Positions 21,241 through 30,579 of a DNA stretch of 64,000 nucleotides are shown piece by piece. Every line of letters begins with the position of its first letter. Position 1 is the first letter of the stretch. Made by a program: the position numbers and the translations under genes. A model generated the notes under the pieces. That model had not been told where the DNA came from. It saw only the letters and a program-made list of their open reading frames with translations, and ran no database searches. The DNA comes from Parachlamydiales bacterium (lineage in GTDB: Bacteria; Chlamydiota; Chlamydiia; Chlamydiales; Rhabdochlamydiaceae): positions 1,344,001-1,408,000 of the forward strand of contig OY970065.1 in NCBI GenBank assembly GCA_963705295.1, read 5' to 3'.

Positions 21241-21711
21241 ATGAAATACAAAGAACTGGCGAGTAAGATTCAGAAAGCTCTTCTAGAAAAGAAAAAATCA
21301 TCTACCACCACTTCTCCTGAGAAAGCGTACACTGCTTTTCCAATGCGCACTGCTCAAAATGTTCCTTACCACGTTAACACACCCAAAAAAGGGTTGCAAG
21401 AAGCAAAAATCGTCTCCAACGAATGGAACTCTGAAGTCAAACAAACAACTCATCTAGCGTCCTCCCTCGACCTTCAACTCGTACCTTACCCCTCCCTCAT
21501 TCCCACCCGTGTCCAACTCTGGAAATTAAAAAGTTACCTTTACCTCCTCCGCGCCCTTCATCTCCTCTCAAAAGGCAAAGACCTCTCGAGCGACATCTCG
21601 GTCCTCTCCTCAGACCCACAACCCTCCCAAAACGAACTCTGGGCCGACATGATGAAGCCCCACGAAGAACGCCAGTTCCGCATCGGCCGCATCACCAATT
21701 ATTTCTCATAG
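21241..21711 (+). CDS. hypothetical protein (156 aa)
   Basis: ORF fills the gap between tpx and abiEii and has a promoter-like upstream sequence. Confidence 0.7.
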   Translation: MKYKELASKIQKALLEKKKSSTTTSPEKAYTAFPMRTAQNVPYHVNTPKKGLQEAKIVSNEWNSEVKQTTHLASSLDLQLVPYPSLIPTRVQLWKLKSYLYLLRALHLLSKGKDLSSDISVLSSDPQPSQNELWADMMKPHEERQFRIGRITNYFS

Positions 21712-21714
21712 GGT

Positions 21715-22542
21715 TCAATTTGTTTCGATGCGATTTATCCAATGGTGGAAGAATTCTTTGGACCAGGTTCGTCTAATGGCTTCTTGATCGCGGACAAAGT
21801 GAATGATATCTTCGATGGCAGAAGGCACATCGAGTTGATCAATCCGTTCCTCGGCCATCTTTAAGAAAGCCGATCGATTTAAAACTTCTCTCTGTTGGTT
21901 TAATTTTGAAAAGAGGGTCAAGTTTAATGGGATTTTTCTTCGGATAAACCATACCATATCATACCAGTCTCGTCCCTTGACACGTCCTTTCCAGGCTCGA
22001 AAAAGAGCAGCATGCATTTTTCCAGCAAAGAGGTATTCTTCATTCACGCATTTAATCGATACGGGTATGGGTTGTGACAGAAACTTCTGTTCGTGGGCAA
22101 ATTCAATCCTGGGATCTGTATCGATCTCGACCTTAACACGGATCATCCTATCCTGATGGACCCCCTTCAACAGATCGGAATGGACCCCAATTTTTAAGAG
22201 CTCTTGGACCGTTGTAGTCTTTAGGAAAGCAGATTTCACAACTGTAAAAGAGGCTTCGAACCCAAAGGACGATAATTCGTTCTTGATTGCGTCTCCGAAA
22301 GGCTGCCAACTCCAATGCAGATTAGGGGTAAGTAATGTAAAATCGAGATCTTCAGAGAATCGATCCAGCCCATAGAAAATTCGGAGGGCCGTGCCACCGT
22401 AAAAAGCAGCATGTTCGAAAAATTTCCCCCGCCATAATCCCACCAAGGCAATTTCTTGTAGGATTTCGCGAAAAGCCTGCTCGTGCTCTTGAAAAGAACT
22501 GGAGGTGTATTTTTTTAGCATTTCCTGGATTGCATTATTCAT
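21715..22542 (-). CDS. AbiEii/AbiGii-family nucleotidyltransferase toxin (type IV TA)
   Basis: FYGGTALRIFYGLDRFSEDLDF, KVEID, K..A...R.KGRDWYD. Confidence 0.92.
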   Translation of the reverse strand: MNNAIQEMLKKYTSSSFQEHEQAFREILQEIALVGLWRGKFFEHAAFYGGTALRIFYGLDRFSEDLDFTLLTPNLHWSWQPFGDAIKNELSSFGFEASFTVVKSAFLKTTTVQELLKIGVHSDLLKGVHQDRMIRVKVEIDTDPRIEFAHEQKFLSQPIPVSIKCVNEEYLFAGKMHAALFRAWKGRVKGRDWYDMVWFIRRKIPLNLTLFSKLNQQREVLNRSAFLKMAEERIDQLDVPSAIEDIIHFVRDQEAIRRTWSKEFFHHWINRIETN

Positions 22543-23191
22543 GATTTTCTCGACATTGTATCAGATATTGGATTGCGCTGTGAGGCCGAGCTTGATAGAT
22601 CTCTTTTAGCAGCGGAAGATTTAAGCTATAAAAATCTTCCTCTTCTATGCGCAAATCTTCAAATATGGTTTCTTTAAATTGTTTTTTTGATGAAAAGGCG
22701 CCTCTTCGAATAACCAACAAATCAGTTAGCGCTTTTTCTTTTGTGGCAATGAGCGCGTGTTGGTTGTCTGAGAATTTAACCCATGTAAATCCGACGGCAT
22801 AAGCATCCTGGGAAAGATGGTCATAGGTAAAAAGCCCAAGAGGCGTTTGAAATCTTTTAGTTCGCCCAGTTGTGACACTCGTAACGGTAGTCACTTTTTC
22901 GGGAATTAAGCGGTAATATTGACATGCCCATTCTAAAGAAACATACGACGGCCCATAAATCATATTAGCCAATACCTCGGAGGAATAGGGCTTTTTTGCA
23001 AAATTTTTCCCAAAAATATAGATTCCCTTTTTAACACGAATTAAACCCTTTATTTTTAAAAGATGGTTTAATTTTACCCGAGGATTTTTGTAACCGCTGA
23101 GACATTCCATCACAAAACCATAATCCAATTCTTCCCCAGGGGCCTTTTCTCGCAAAACCATCAGCCCTGGGTCCATCCCCAACCCCTTCAT
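22535..23191 (-). CDS. AbiEi-like antitoxin / transcriptional regulator (type IV TA)
   Basis: LIRVKKGIY, PSYVSLEWA, LIPE, ATKEKALTD. Overlaps the toxin start; GAGGT Shine-Dalgarno upstream. Confidence 0.85.
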   Translation of the reverse strand: MKGLGMDPGLMVLREKAPGEELDYGFVMECLSGYKNPRVKLNHLLKIKGLIRVKKGIYIFGKNFAKKPYSSEVLANMIYGPSYVSLEWACQYYRLIPEKVTTVTSVTTGRTKRFQTPLGLFTYDHLSQDAYAVGFTWVKFSDNQHALIATKEKALTDLLVIRRGAFSSKKQFKETIFEDLRIEEEDFYSLNLPLLKEIYQARPHSAIQYLIQCRENHE

Positions 23192-23201
23192 ATTCTACCT
23201 C

Positions 23202-23224
23202 TATGTTAGCATAACACTAACATA
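23202..23224. promoter_or_regulatory. inverted repeat upstream of abiEi; candidate autoregulatory operator
   Basis: TATGTTAG-N7-CTAACATA, perfect 8-bp arms, 10 nt upstream of the antitoxin ATG. Confidence 0.55.
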
Positions 23225-23372
23225 CTGGTTATTTTATTAGAACATGATAAATTATCTTTGATTATCAACGAGTTAAGAAAAAATAAAGGTCGGCACTATT
23301 TTTTTTAATTTCCTATTATGTATGTTTTCTTTACCTGATATACAGGATAAGCATGATATGCATGATTAGGAA

Positions 23373-23391
23373 GAAGATAAAGATCAGTTCG
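23373..23391 (+). repeat. 19-bp direct repeat, copy 1
   Basis: gaagataaagatcagttcg, identical to 24910-24928. Confidence 0.85.
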
Positions 23392-23457
23392 ATAGTTTTC
23401 TGTAGCTTATACTTATGAATTGGATTCCCTATCCTTTTTTCGGGTATAATAGATCGG

Positions 23458-24906
23458 ATGATCATGGTTCATATTTCCAGTTTACCAGGTGATGTTATTG
23501 AGATGGCTCTCGGATATTTATTTCCGCATGAGAGAAATAAGGTGGCACTTGCGTCGAAAATGTTAAATGCGCGGGCAAGGGCGATTCTTCAAACGGTCTC
23601 TTTTCTAGGCTATGTTGGGGGAGCTGTCTTGCAGAAGTTTAAAGAACATTTTCCAGCCCGCGTAAGGCAGATCAAAATCGAGGAATGGAGTTGTAAAGAC
23701 CTAAATGAGTTTCTTAAAGGTATCGTAGCACCTAGGTTGGAGGTTTTACGCCTGCAATACTTGCAAGGGACCGAAGAGGAAGAACTCGAGCTTAGGGGGC
23801 TTCTTACCCATTTGAGCCTCTTGAGAGTCGTTGATATTTATCATTCATCGATTACTGGAAAATGTATTCCTCCTCAGGTTTCGAGTTTAAATCTATGCTT
23901 CTGTAGCCAAGTGAGGGAACTGGTTGTTCCTCCTGGTACTTGTCAATTAGATGTCTCGTATTCAGAGAACATTACCCAAATCCGTGGTCTTTCTAACGTG
24001 AAACTACTTCGAAAAGATGGTGTAGAGGTTCCCCTGCACGATTTTACCGGTAAAGTGTACACCTTTGGTGACATTGTAAACGACCCGGAGCACAAATTAT
24101 TAGAGGAAGGGGCGAACCCCAATGCAACGAATGCTCACGGATCGACTGGTTTGGCTTATCTGATGGGGTTTCCTTTAGAAAACTCGCATGAGGTGGTGAT
24201 AAAACATGGAGCTGACATCAATGCCAAGGAAGCTGGAAACAGAGTTGTAAATAGAGCGAATTATTACAAGAGATATTCTATTGCTTTGATGCTTGTTCGG
24301 AGAGGGGCAAGATATTGTTTTCCATCATGGGCATATCTTAAAGACTGTGTTGACCGACGAGATTATGAAGGAATCACCCTTCTTTTAGAGAAAGGGGCAA
24401 ATCCAAATTATTCTTTAAAGGAAGCCCTTTTAATTAAAGATCAAGTCATGGTTCGCCTTTTGCTGGAAAACAGAGCAGATCCCAATTATTGTTTTGACAT
24501 CCGTCAATCTAAAGGATGGAATCAGGCTCGGCCTTTGCATTTGGCTTTAGATCTAAGAGATGGAGCGATGGCCCGCCTGCTTGTCGAATTTCGCGCCGAT
24601 CTGAATGCCAAAAACGGGGCTGGGGAAACACCCCTGCACTGGGCAGTCCTATCGAGTATGGATGATTCAGAAAACATCGCCTTTTTGATAGAAAAAGGGG
24701 CCTTTGTCGATGAAAAAGATAACTGGGGACATACACCTCTCTACTTTGCCGTCGACAATCGATTTGCAAAAGTTGCCGCTTTTCTTTTTTCAAAAAGAGC
24801 CGATCCTTATCTTCTCTGCAACTTTACAGGGTTAACCCCTTATTCTCTAGCAGAACAAACAGGTCAAATGGCACTAGTTTCTCTCTTCAAGAAAAGAAAA
24901 TCATAA
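23458..24906 (+). CDS. F-box-like + short LRR + ankyrin-repeat protein
   Basis: ISSLPGDVIEMALGYL F-box-like start; LEVLRLQYL and LRVVDIYHS LRR-like segments; GETPLHWAV, GHTPLYFAV and GANPN ankyrin repeats. Confidence 0.88.
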   Translation: MIMVHISSLPGDVIEMALGYLFPHERNKVALASKMLNARARAILQTVSFLGYVGGAVLQKFKEHFPARVRQIKIEEWSCKDLNEFLKGIVAPRLEVLRLQYLQGTEEEELELRGLLTHLSLLRVVDIYHSSITGKCIPPQVSSLNLCFCSQVRELVVPPGTCQLDVSYSENITQIRGLSNVKLLRKDGVEVPLHDFTGKVYTFGDIVNDPEHKLLEEGANPNATNAHGSTGLAYLMGFPLENSHEVVIKHGADINAKEAGNRVVNRANYYKRYSIALMLVRRGARYCFPSWAYLKDCVDRRDYEGITLLLEKGANPNYSLKEALLIKDQVMVRLLLENRADPNYCFDIRQSKGWNQARPLHLALDLRDGAMARLLVEFRADLNAKNGAGETPLHWAVLSSMDDSENIAFLIEKGAFVDEKDNWGHTPLYFAVDNRFAKVAAFLFSKRADPYLLCNFTGLTPYSLAEQTGQMALVSLFKKRKS

Positions 24907-24909
24907 GAG

Positions 24910-24928
24910 GAAGATAAAGATCAGTTCG
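24910..24928 (+). repeat. 19-bp direct repeat, copy 2
   Basis: gaagataaagatcagttcg, 3 nt after the F-box/ankyrin stop codon. Confidence 0.85.
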
Positions 24929-24942
24929 TTTATACTATCTTA

Positions 24943-27627
24943 ATGTCTGTTTCAAAAGTAGAGCTGCCGGTTATTCCTCCACAAGTCCAGGCGCTGTTGG
25001 AAGGAAAGTATATTATTGATTTGACAGAAGAGGTTAAAAGAAAACCTCCGGGGCCGTTTTATGGACGGGAAAAGGATATTCTATGGGTAGCGGAAAAGGT
25101 TTCGTGTCAAAATAAAGATAGTGTTTTGGTTACTGGTTCTGCAGGTGTGGGGAAAACACTCCTTTATCGTCAGATCGCTTATCTTATTATGACGGGTAAA
25201 GCACCGGTCGGTCTTCAGAACCGGAGGGTCTTTTTATTTATTTCAGATCTCAAGAAAGTATTGGATGTTTTGGGGCAACATTCTCGCGACGATTTCCTGA
25301 TGGTTGTCGATGAGGTGCATGCTTATTTTAGAATTGGATCGATATTCACCGAAGAGCTTAAACCATTCATTGGGAATGGGCGGACTCCACTGATCGGGCT
25401 GACAGATCGGTGGGAAGAATTCATGATGGATCCTCCCATGAGGCGCCGTTTTCAGACGCTCCACCTCAGTGAAATGGCGATTCCCGATGCGATCGAAGCT
25501 TTTAAAGCGTCTCGATCCAGTTTAAAAGCATGGGCTGAGAATTTCGTGTTAAAAAACTTCGGCGCGCTGGGATTCCAAATTTCGATCCGCGACGACGCGA
25601 TCGAAACCGCGGTGAAGCTCTCTGTTACCTACTTGCCGAAGGAATTTCTTCCGGACAAAGTCTCCAAAATTTTAGAGCCTGCTGTGACGGGAAAAACGAT
25701 CCAGTTCATGCAAGAAAAAAAACCGGGCGTGCCTCTCTATTTGGAGATCACACAAGAAGATATCGTCCAGTATGTCATCCGCGAATTCAAGGTCACGAGA
25801 TCAGATGTACACGCGAAATCTGAAGACCTCGATCGAGCCCTTAAAACCACTCCGATTCCACTCACGGAACCTCTCATGAGGCATACCCTCAACCTCAACC
25901 AAGAAGCTCTTCTGGGTAAAATCTTACCGGCTTACGGGCGAGATCTGGAGATGAGAAATGTCATCACGATCCTCAGCGGACTTGAATCGAATAATGTGAT
26001 TTTATGTGGAGAACCGGGATGTGGTAAAACCCGGATTGGAGAAGGGCTTGCCTATCTGATGGTCCATGGCCAGGTGCCTGAATCGATGCGGGACATGTTG
26101 GTCCTTCTTCTCGATTTAAATAGTCTCGTTGGCAAAACAGAATACCGAGGGCAATTCGAAGAAAAGGTGGGCGAGTTTTTGCGCAGTGCAGAAAAATATG
26201 CAGGGCAATTTATTCTGATGATCGATGAAGCCCATCGACTGGTAGGTTCTGGCCGAACAGAACATGGACATGATGATGTCGCCAATCAGTTAAAAGCCCT
26301 TCTCGCACGTGGAAAACTCCGCGTTTTAGGGATGACGACCCCTCTAGACTTTCAATCGATGCAATCCGATCCTGCTTTCCTCCGCCGTTTTCAAGTTCAA
26401 AATATCTCTCCTTTTTCGGTTGCGCAAACTGTCCAGGTATTAAATTTAGAAAGAGACCACTTTCAAAAAGCGTATTCAGCTAAAATGAAACGGCCATTTT
26501 CTATTGAACCTGCGGCTATGGAAGCTACAGCTTATCTTGCCGTACACTATCTACCGAAAGAATTTCTCCCTGCATCTGCTTATAAGATCTTCCACGGTGC
26601 CTGCGCCCATGCGGGCATGCAACGATTGCCTGTATTAACAGAAGGGTGCGTCATCGATTATGTCACAGAATTTCTTCAAAAGAAACACGATCGAAGTCTT
26701 GCTGAGAAAGATCTCGTCCGGCTCAAAGCAGAACTCCATCCCATCAATAGTTTAATTCCTGTTCATGAACCGATCATCCGGTTCACAGAAAATTGGACAA
26801 ATAAAGCACGGCAAGGTCTTTTTAGACGGTCGCTCCACCGAACTTACGAATTGCAATCGATGATCAACACGTTGGGATGTGTCACGATCAACAATATTCT
26901 CCTGGTGAGCCGAGCAGGGGGAGGGAAAACCAGTTTAATCAAGCAGCTAGCCATTTCGATGGTCAGGGGAGAGGTTCCTCCCTTTTTGCAAAATTGTCTT
27001 TTACTGACCCTCAAACTCCAAGATCTTTTAAATGAAGAAAAAACAAATCCGAATGTTATCACAGACTTCATCGAAAGTGCGAGCAGGTACGAAGGTCATT
27101 TTGTTTTATTTACCGATGAATTCCATACCTTTTTCGAAGCGAGAACCAGACAAGGGATCCCGATCTATGAGCTTTTTAAACCGATCTTAGCTGAAGGGAA
27201 AGTCAGGCTCATTGGCGCGACCACTCCCGAAGACGCCAAAGAGTATATTCTGGATAAAGGTGAATCGATTCTTAGGCGCCTCTCGATCCAAGTTTTAGCC
27301 GAGCTCGGTGTATCAGAATCGATCGATGTCCTCGCTGATGCCAGACCGTTCTATGAAGAATATTATTCGAAGCAAAAAGGAAAGCCATTTAAGATCGATC
27401 CGGCAATTTTTGAAACCCTTGTCCTTCAAGCCAAAGAGAGATTGAATTACCAAGCTCTTCCAGCAAGCGCCATCACACTTTTAGAGCAAATCTGCTCCAA
27501 AAGTACAGCCTCAATCGTCACCCAGGCCGACTTAAAAAGTAGGTCAGTATCATGGTTTAGACAGTTATTTTCCTCTCTTTTATGGCTACTCCGGAGTATC
27601 CGGTCTTTAGTGACGAGCCGAACTTAA
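24943..27627 (+). CDS. Clp/Hsp100-related AAA+ ATPase with three tandem NBD1-type modules
   Basis: Walker A GSAGVGKT / GEPGCGKT / SRAGGGKT; Walker B VVDEVH / MIDEAH / FTDEFH; Arg fingers RRRFQ / LRRFQ / LRRLS. Confidence 0.88.
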   Translation: MSVSKVELPVIPPQVQALLEGKYIIDLTEEVKRKPPGPFYGREKDILWVAEKVSCQNKDSVLVTGSAGVGKTLLYRQIAYLIMTGKAPVGLQNRRVFLFISDLKKVLDVLGQHSRDDFLMVVDEVHAYFRIGSIFTEELKPFIGNGRTPLIGLTDRWEEFMMDPPMRRRFQTLHLSEMAIPDAIEAFKASRSSLKAWAENFVLKNFGALGFQISIRDDAIETAVKLSVTYLPKEFLPDKVSKILEPAVTGKTIQFMQEKKPGVPLYLEITQEDIVQYVIREFKVTRSDVHAKSEDLDRALKTTPIPLTEPLMRHTLNLNQEALLGKILPAYGRDLEMRNVITILSGLESNNVILCGEPGCGKTRIGEGLAYLMVHGQVPESMRDMLVLLLDLNSLVGKTEYRGQFEEKVGEFLRSAEKYAGQFILMIDEAHRLVGSGRTEHGHDDVANQLKALLARGKLRVLGMTTPLDFQSMQSDPAFLRRFQVQNISPFSVAQTVQVLNLERDHFQKAYSAKMKRPFSIEPAAMEATAYLAVHYLPKEFLPASAYKIFHGACAHAGMQRLPVLTEGCVIDYVTEFLQKKHDRSLAEKDLVRLKAELHPINSLIPVHEPIIRFTENWTNKARQGLFRRSLHRTYELQSMINTLGCVTINNILLVSRAGGGKTSLIKQLAISMVRGEVPPFLQNCLLLTLKLQDLLNEEKTNPNVITDFIESASRYEGHFVLFTDEFHTFFEARTRQGIPIYELFKPILAEGKVRLIGATTPEDAKEYILDKGESILRRLSIQVLAELGVSESIDVLADARPFYEEYYSKQKGKPFKIDPAIFETLVLQAKERLNYQALPASAITLLEQICSKSTASIVTQADLKSRSVSWFRQLFSSLLWLLRSIRSLVTSRT

Positions 27628-28291
27628 ATTGTAAATCGTTTGGGACTTTTCGCGTGAGCATCATCTTCCAAAAAGCAAGACCCATCTGGACATGAACTCC
27701 TCGAAATTGTTGAACTTTCAATTGGCAATCGGAGCACATTTTTTCTAGTTCGCTCGGTTTTAGGAAGAGTCTGTAGATATGCATGTCTCGTGGCGTATTT
27801 TTAACACACCATTCGACCCCTTTAATGACCATCAGCCAAGACAAAGGTGTCCGGTTGAAGGTATGAAAAAAAAACAATCCTCCTGGTTTTAAAACGCGGG
27901 AGGCTTCTTGAATCAGAGCTGATGGATTTTCGACATGCTCCAAAAGATCCATGGCACACACCGCATCAAAGCTCGTATCGGGAAAGGGGAGAGCTGTGGC
28001 ATCGGCCTTCAAATAAGCCACACGGCCTGTCTGATCAAATTTTTGGGCGGTTTGGAGACTTCGCTCCGATAGATCAATGCCTGTGACACCGTGTCCCAGC
28101 TTCACTAGTTCATGGGTCAGAAAACCCGCCCCACACCCCATATCCAGAATTTTTGCAGGTAAAGGAAAGAAACTTGCAATCCACGGATTTCTTAGCCGAT
28201 TTTCAGCTCTTAAAAGGGCAATCGGATGATCGGATGCTGTATGCCATTGATCAGCGAGATCATCGTAAAACTCATTGTTGACTTTCTTCAT
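27557..28291 (-). CDS. UbiG-like SAM-dependent O-methyltransferase
   Basis: ILDMGCGAG, AMDLLEHV, LKPGGLFFFHTFNRT, FLKPSEL. Start MKKVNN at 28291. Confidence 0.85.
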   Translation of the reverse strand: MKKVNNEFYDDLADQWHTASDHPIALLRAENRLRNPWIASFFPLPAKILDMGCGAGFLTHELVKLGHGVTGIDLSERSLQTAQKFDQTGRVAYLKADATALPFPDTSFDAVCAMDLLEHVENPSALIQEASRVLKPGGLFFFHTFNRTPLSWLMVIKGVEWCVKNTPRDMHIYRLFLKPSELEKMCSDCQLKVQQFRGVHVQMGLAFWKMMLTRKVPNDLQFKFGSSLKTGYSGVAIKERKITV

Positions 28292-28757
28292 AGATGAAAT
28301 TCCAGTAGACCACTTGGTAGACGAAGAAAGCAGTAGCACAGAACGCTTGGAAATAGAGAAAGGGCGTTAAAAGAGAGGCTTCTGGCAGCCAATCGAAGAT
28401 ATTTTTTCCATGGAGCTTCGGCCACATGAGACCCATAGCAGTCAGGAGCACCGAATGGTTGACGAACAAAATCGCGTGGAGCCAGTGTTCAGCGGCTGGG
28501 CAGTGGTGTTTATGGACAAACTCGTCTTTGGTCACCAGCAAGCAGGAGAAAACAGCGAGGGCGACATAATATTTAATCCCCGCCGGATCATAGGGCACCA
28601 GCAAAATGAACGCAAAGCAAGCAATGACACTGAGCGTATCTAAGGGATGGCCAATCCGCTCCCATTTGGGGAGACCTCTTTTCACATGAAAAATATATTC
28701 ATCAAAAAAAATCACCAACCCTTGCACAATGAACGGAATAAAAATCAACGCACGCAC
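28272..28757 (-). CDS. small His-rich integral membrane protein in the PKS operon
   Basis: GTG start overlapping the PKS end; DEYIFH, WERIGHPLD and KDEFVH...EHWLH motifs among TM helices. Confidence 0.75.
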   Translation of the reverse strand: MRALIFIPFIVQGLVIFFDEYIFHVKRGLPKWERIGHPLDTLSVIACFAFILLVPYDPAGIKYYVALAVFSCLLVTKDEFVHKHHCPAAEHWLHAILFVNHSVLLTAMGLMWPKLHGKNIFDWLPEASLLTPFLYFQAFCATAFFVYQVVYWNFIYEESQQ

Positions 28758-29782
28758 TCGAAAACTCCTCCTACAAGGGTCAATCCTGGGCCGAATGCCA
28801 AACTGATTATCGTCGCACCCGATTTGACCTGCTGATCGTTCCACATCCGATCCCAAATATGGGGGAGCGTGGCCGATGACATATTTCCATAGTTTTGAAG
28901 AACCCAAAGACTATGTTCATATTGGGAAGGTTTAAGTTCAAGAATTTTAGCGACTTGATTGATGATTTTTGGACCGCCTGGATGGATCGCAAAATAAACA
29001 TCCCCGCTCGCATGTTTCAAAAGTTTTTCGGCAAAAGAGGGGAGAGCTTTGGCAATGAGCTCAGGAACTCTCAAGGAAAGCTTCATCTTTAGACCCCAGT
29101 CATGGCAAATCCACGTCATCACCTCCGTCGAATCGGGGATGATCATCTCTTCGAGTTTAACGACCCGAAACCCGGCCGTCTCTTTTTCCGAGACCGTATA
29201 TTTAATAAATCCATCGGCAAATAGAGTCTGGATCACCAGCTGTTCCATCTCATGGGCCATAGGATTCACATGCAAACTGCATACCTCCGTATGAACCACA
29301 TCAGCCCCCCGTCCCATCCGAATCGCCGGAATCGCCGCATAACATCCCATATGGTACGCATGGGTCACCGCCGTCCCACCTCTCCTCTCCGAAACAAGCT
29401 TCTGCGCCGGACTCGGCGCCACATATCCCGTACACGTCACATGGACCAAATGCTCCGGTAGCTCACGACCCACATAAATCTTCCTTAAAACTTCGGTCGT
29501 GATCCGGTCATAAATTTCACTCCGTTTTCCAAAACCTGCCCCTTCGGGTCGATCGAAAACCTCCATCGTATTCCACTCGTGATGGATACAATCTCTAAAA
29601 GATACACCCCGTTTCTGCACCTTCTGCTCACCCAATCCTATCTTCCTCAGCAAAGCATGGATTCCATCATGTTTGACAACACCTGCTCGGCTATGCAAAG
29701 CAGCAAGCCACTTCAAACTCTCTTCTTGCAGCAGCTCAAACTCAGGGCGAACGACTTGAAAATCAGTCAAGGTGACGGGCAT
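28745..29782 (-). CDS. type III polyketide synthase (chalcone synthase-like)
   Basis: Cys-His-Asn triad in HMGCY, AIHPGG and GNMSSA; TEVCSLH, LFADG, AFGPGLT. Confidence 0.92.
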   Translation of the reverse strand: MPVTLTDFQVVRPEFELLQEESLKWLAALHSRAGVVKHDGIHALLRKIGLGEQKVQKRGVSFRDCIHHEWNTMEVFDRPEGAGFGKRSEIYDRITTEVLRKIYVGRELPEHLVHVTCTGYVAPSPAQKLVSERRGGTAVTHAYHMGCYAAIPAIRMGRGADVVHTEVCSLHVNPMAHEMEQLVIQTLFADGFIKYTVSEKETAGFRVVKLEEMIIPDSTEVMTWICHDWGLKMKLSLRVPELIAKALPSFAEKLLKHASGDVYFAIHPGGPKIINQVAKILELKPSQYEHSLWVLQNYGNMSSATLPHIWDRMWNDQQVKSGATIISLAFGPGLTLVGGVFECVR

Positions 29783-29853
29783 CGTTTCCGCATATTAGCA
29801 GATCATTCTTAATTAACTACAAAATCTTCTTTGATTAAATTTCCACTCCTCCT

Positions 29854-30579
29854 ATGAGGATAGATATGAAGAAACAAGAACGGTCGCGGGTTGGGATTTG
29901 GAAAATGTTTGATCAGATTTCTCCGACGTACGATAAGGCGAACCGGGTGATGACACTGGGACTTGATCAAGTTTGGCGGCGAAAGATGGCCTATTTTCTG
30001 CCAGATAAGCAGGGGCAGGTGCTGCTGGATTGTGCGACGGGGACGGCTGATCAGCTGATTTCTTTTATGGAGGGGAGTGACAAGGTGGGTCAAGCGATCG
30101 GGATTGATTTGGCCCAGGAGATGCTGGCTGTTGGAAAGAAAAAGATGGAAAGTAAGCCTTACGGAAATGCGATCTCATTCCAGGTTGCGAGCGCGCTTGA
30201 TTTGCCTTTTGAGGATGCTATGTTTGATTGCGTGGCGATTTCGTTTGGGATACGGAATGTGACCGATGTCCGAAAAGCTCTTTCTGAATTTTACCGTGTT
30301 CTTCAGAAGAAGGGGAGAGTCCTGATTTTAGAGGGGACCGTCCCAAAGAATTTTTTTCTGAAAAAGGTCCACTTGTTTTATCTCCGCAATATTTTGCCAC
30401 GCGTCGGTGGAACGATTTCAAACAACCTCGATGCATACCGTTATCTCAATGAGACGATTGAAACATTTCCATCCGGAGAGAAGTTTTGCAAGTTCTTGCG
30501 CGCTGCGGGATTCAAGAGCGTCAAGGCCCATCCATTGACGGGTGGGATCGCCACGATTTATGTGGGTGATAAGGGATGA
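29854..30579 (+). CDS. ubiE: UbiE/MenG quinone C-methyltransferase
   Basis: MFDQISPTYDKANRVMTLG, LDCATGTAD, FGIRNV, AYRYLNETIETFP. Confidence 0.9.
   Translation: MRIDMKKQERSRVGIWKMFDQISPTYDKANRVMTLGLDQVWRRKMAYFLPDKQGQVLLDCATGTADQLISFMEGSDKVGQAIGIDLAQEMLAVGKKKMESKPYGNAISFQVASALDLPFEDAMFDCVAISFGIRNVTDVRKALSEFYRVLQKKGRVLILEGTVPKNFFLKKVHLFYLRNILPRVGGTISNNLDAYRYLNETIETFPSGEKFCKFLRAAGFKSVKAHPLTGGIATIYVGDKG

Noticed and set aside
24943..27627. Calling the AAA+ gene clpB or clpA
   Set aside because: It lacks the N-domain, M-domain and NBD2 signatures; the similar length is coincidental
27557..28291. Assigning the symbol ubiG
   Set aside because: The family resemblance is clear, but the PKS-operon context suggests a different substrate
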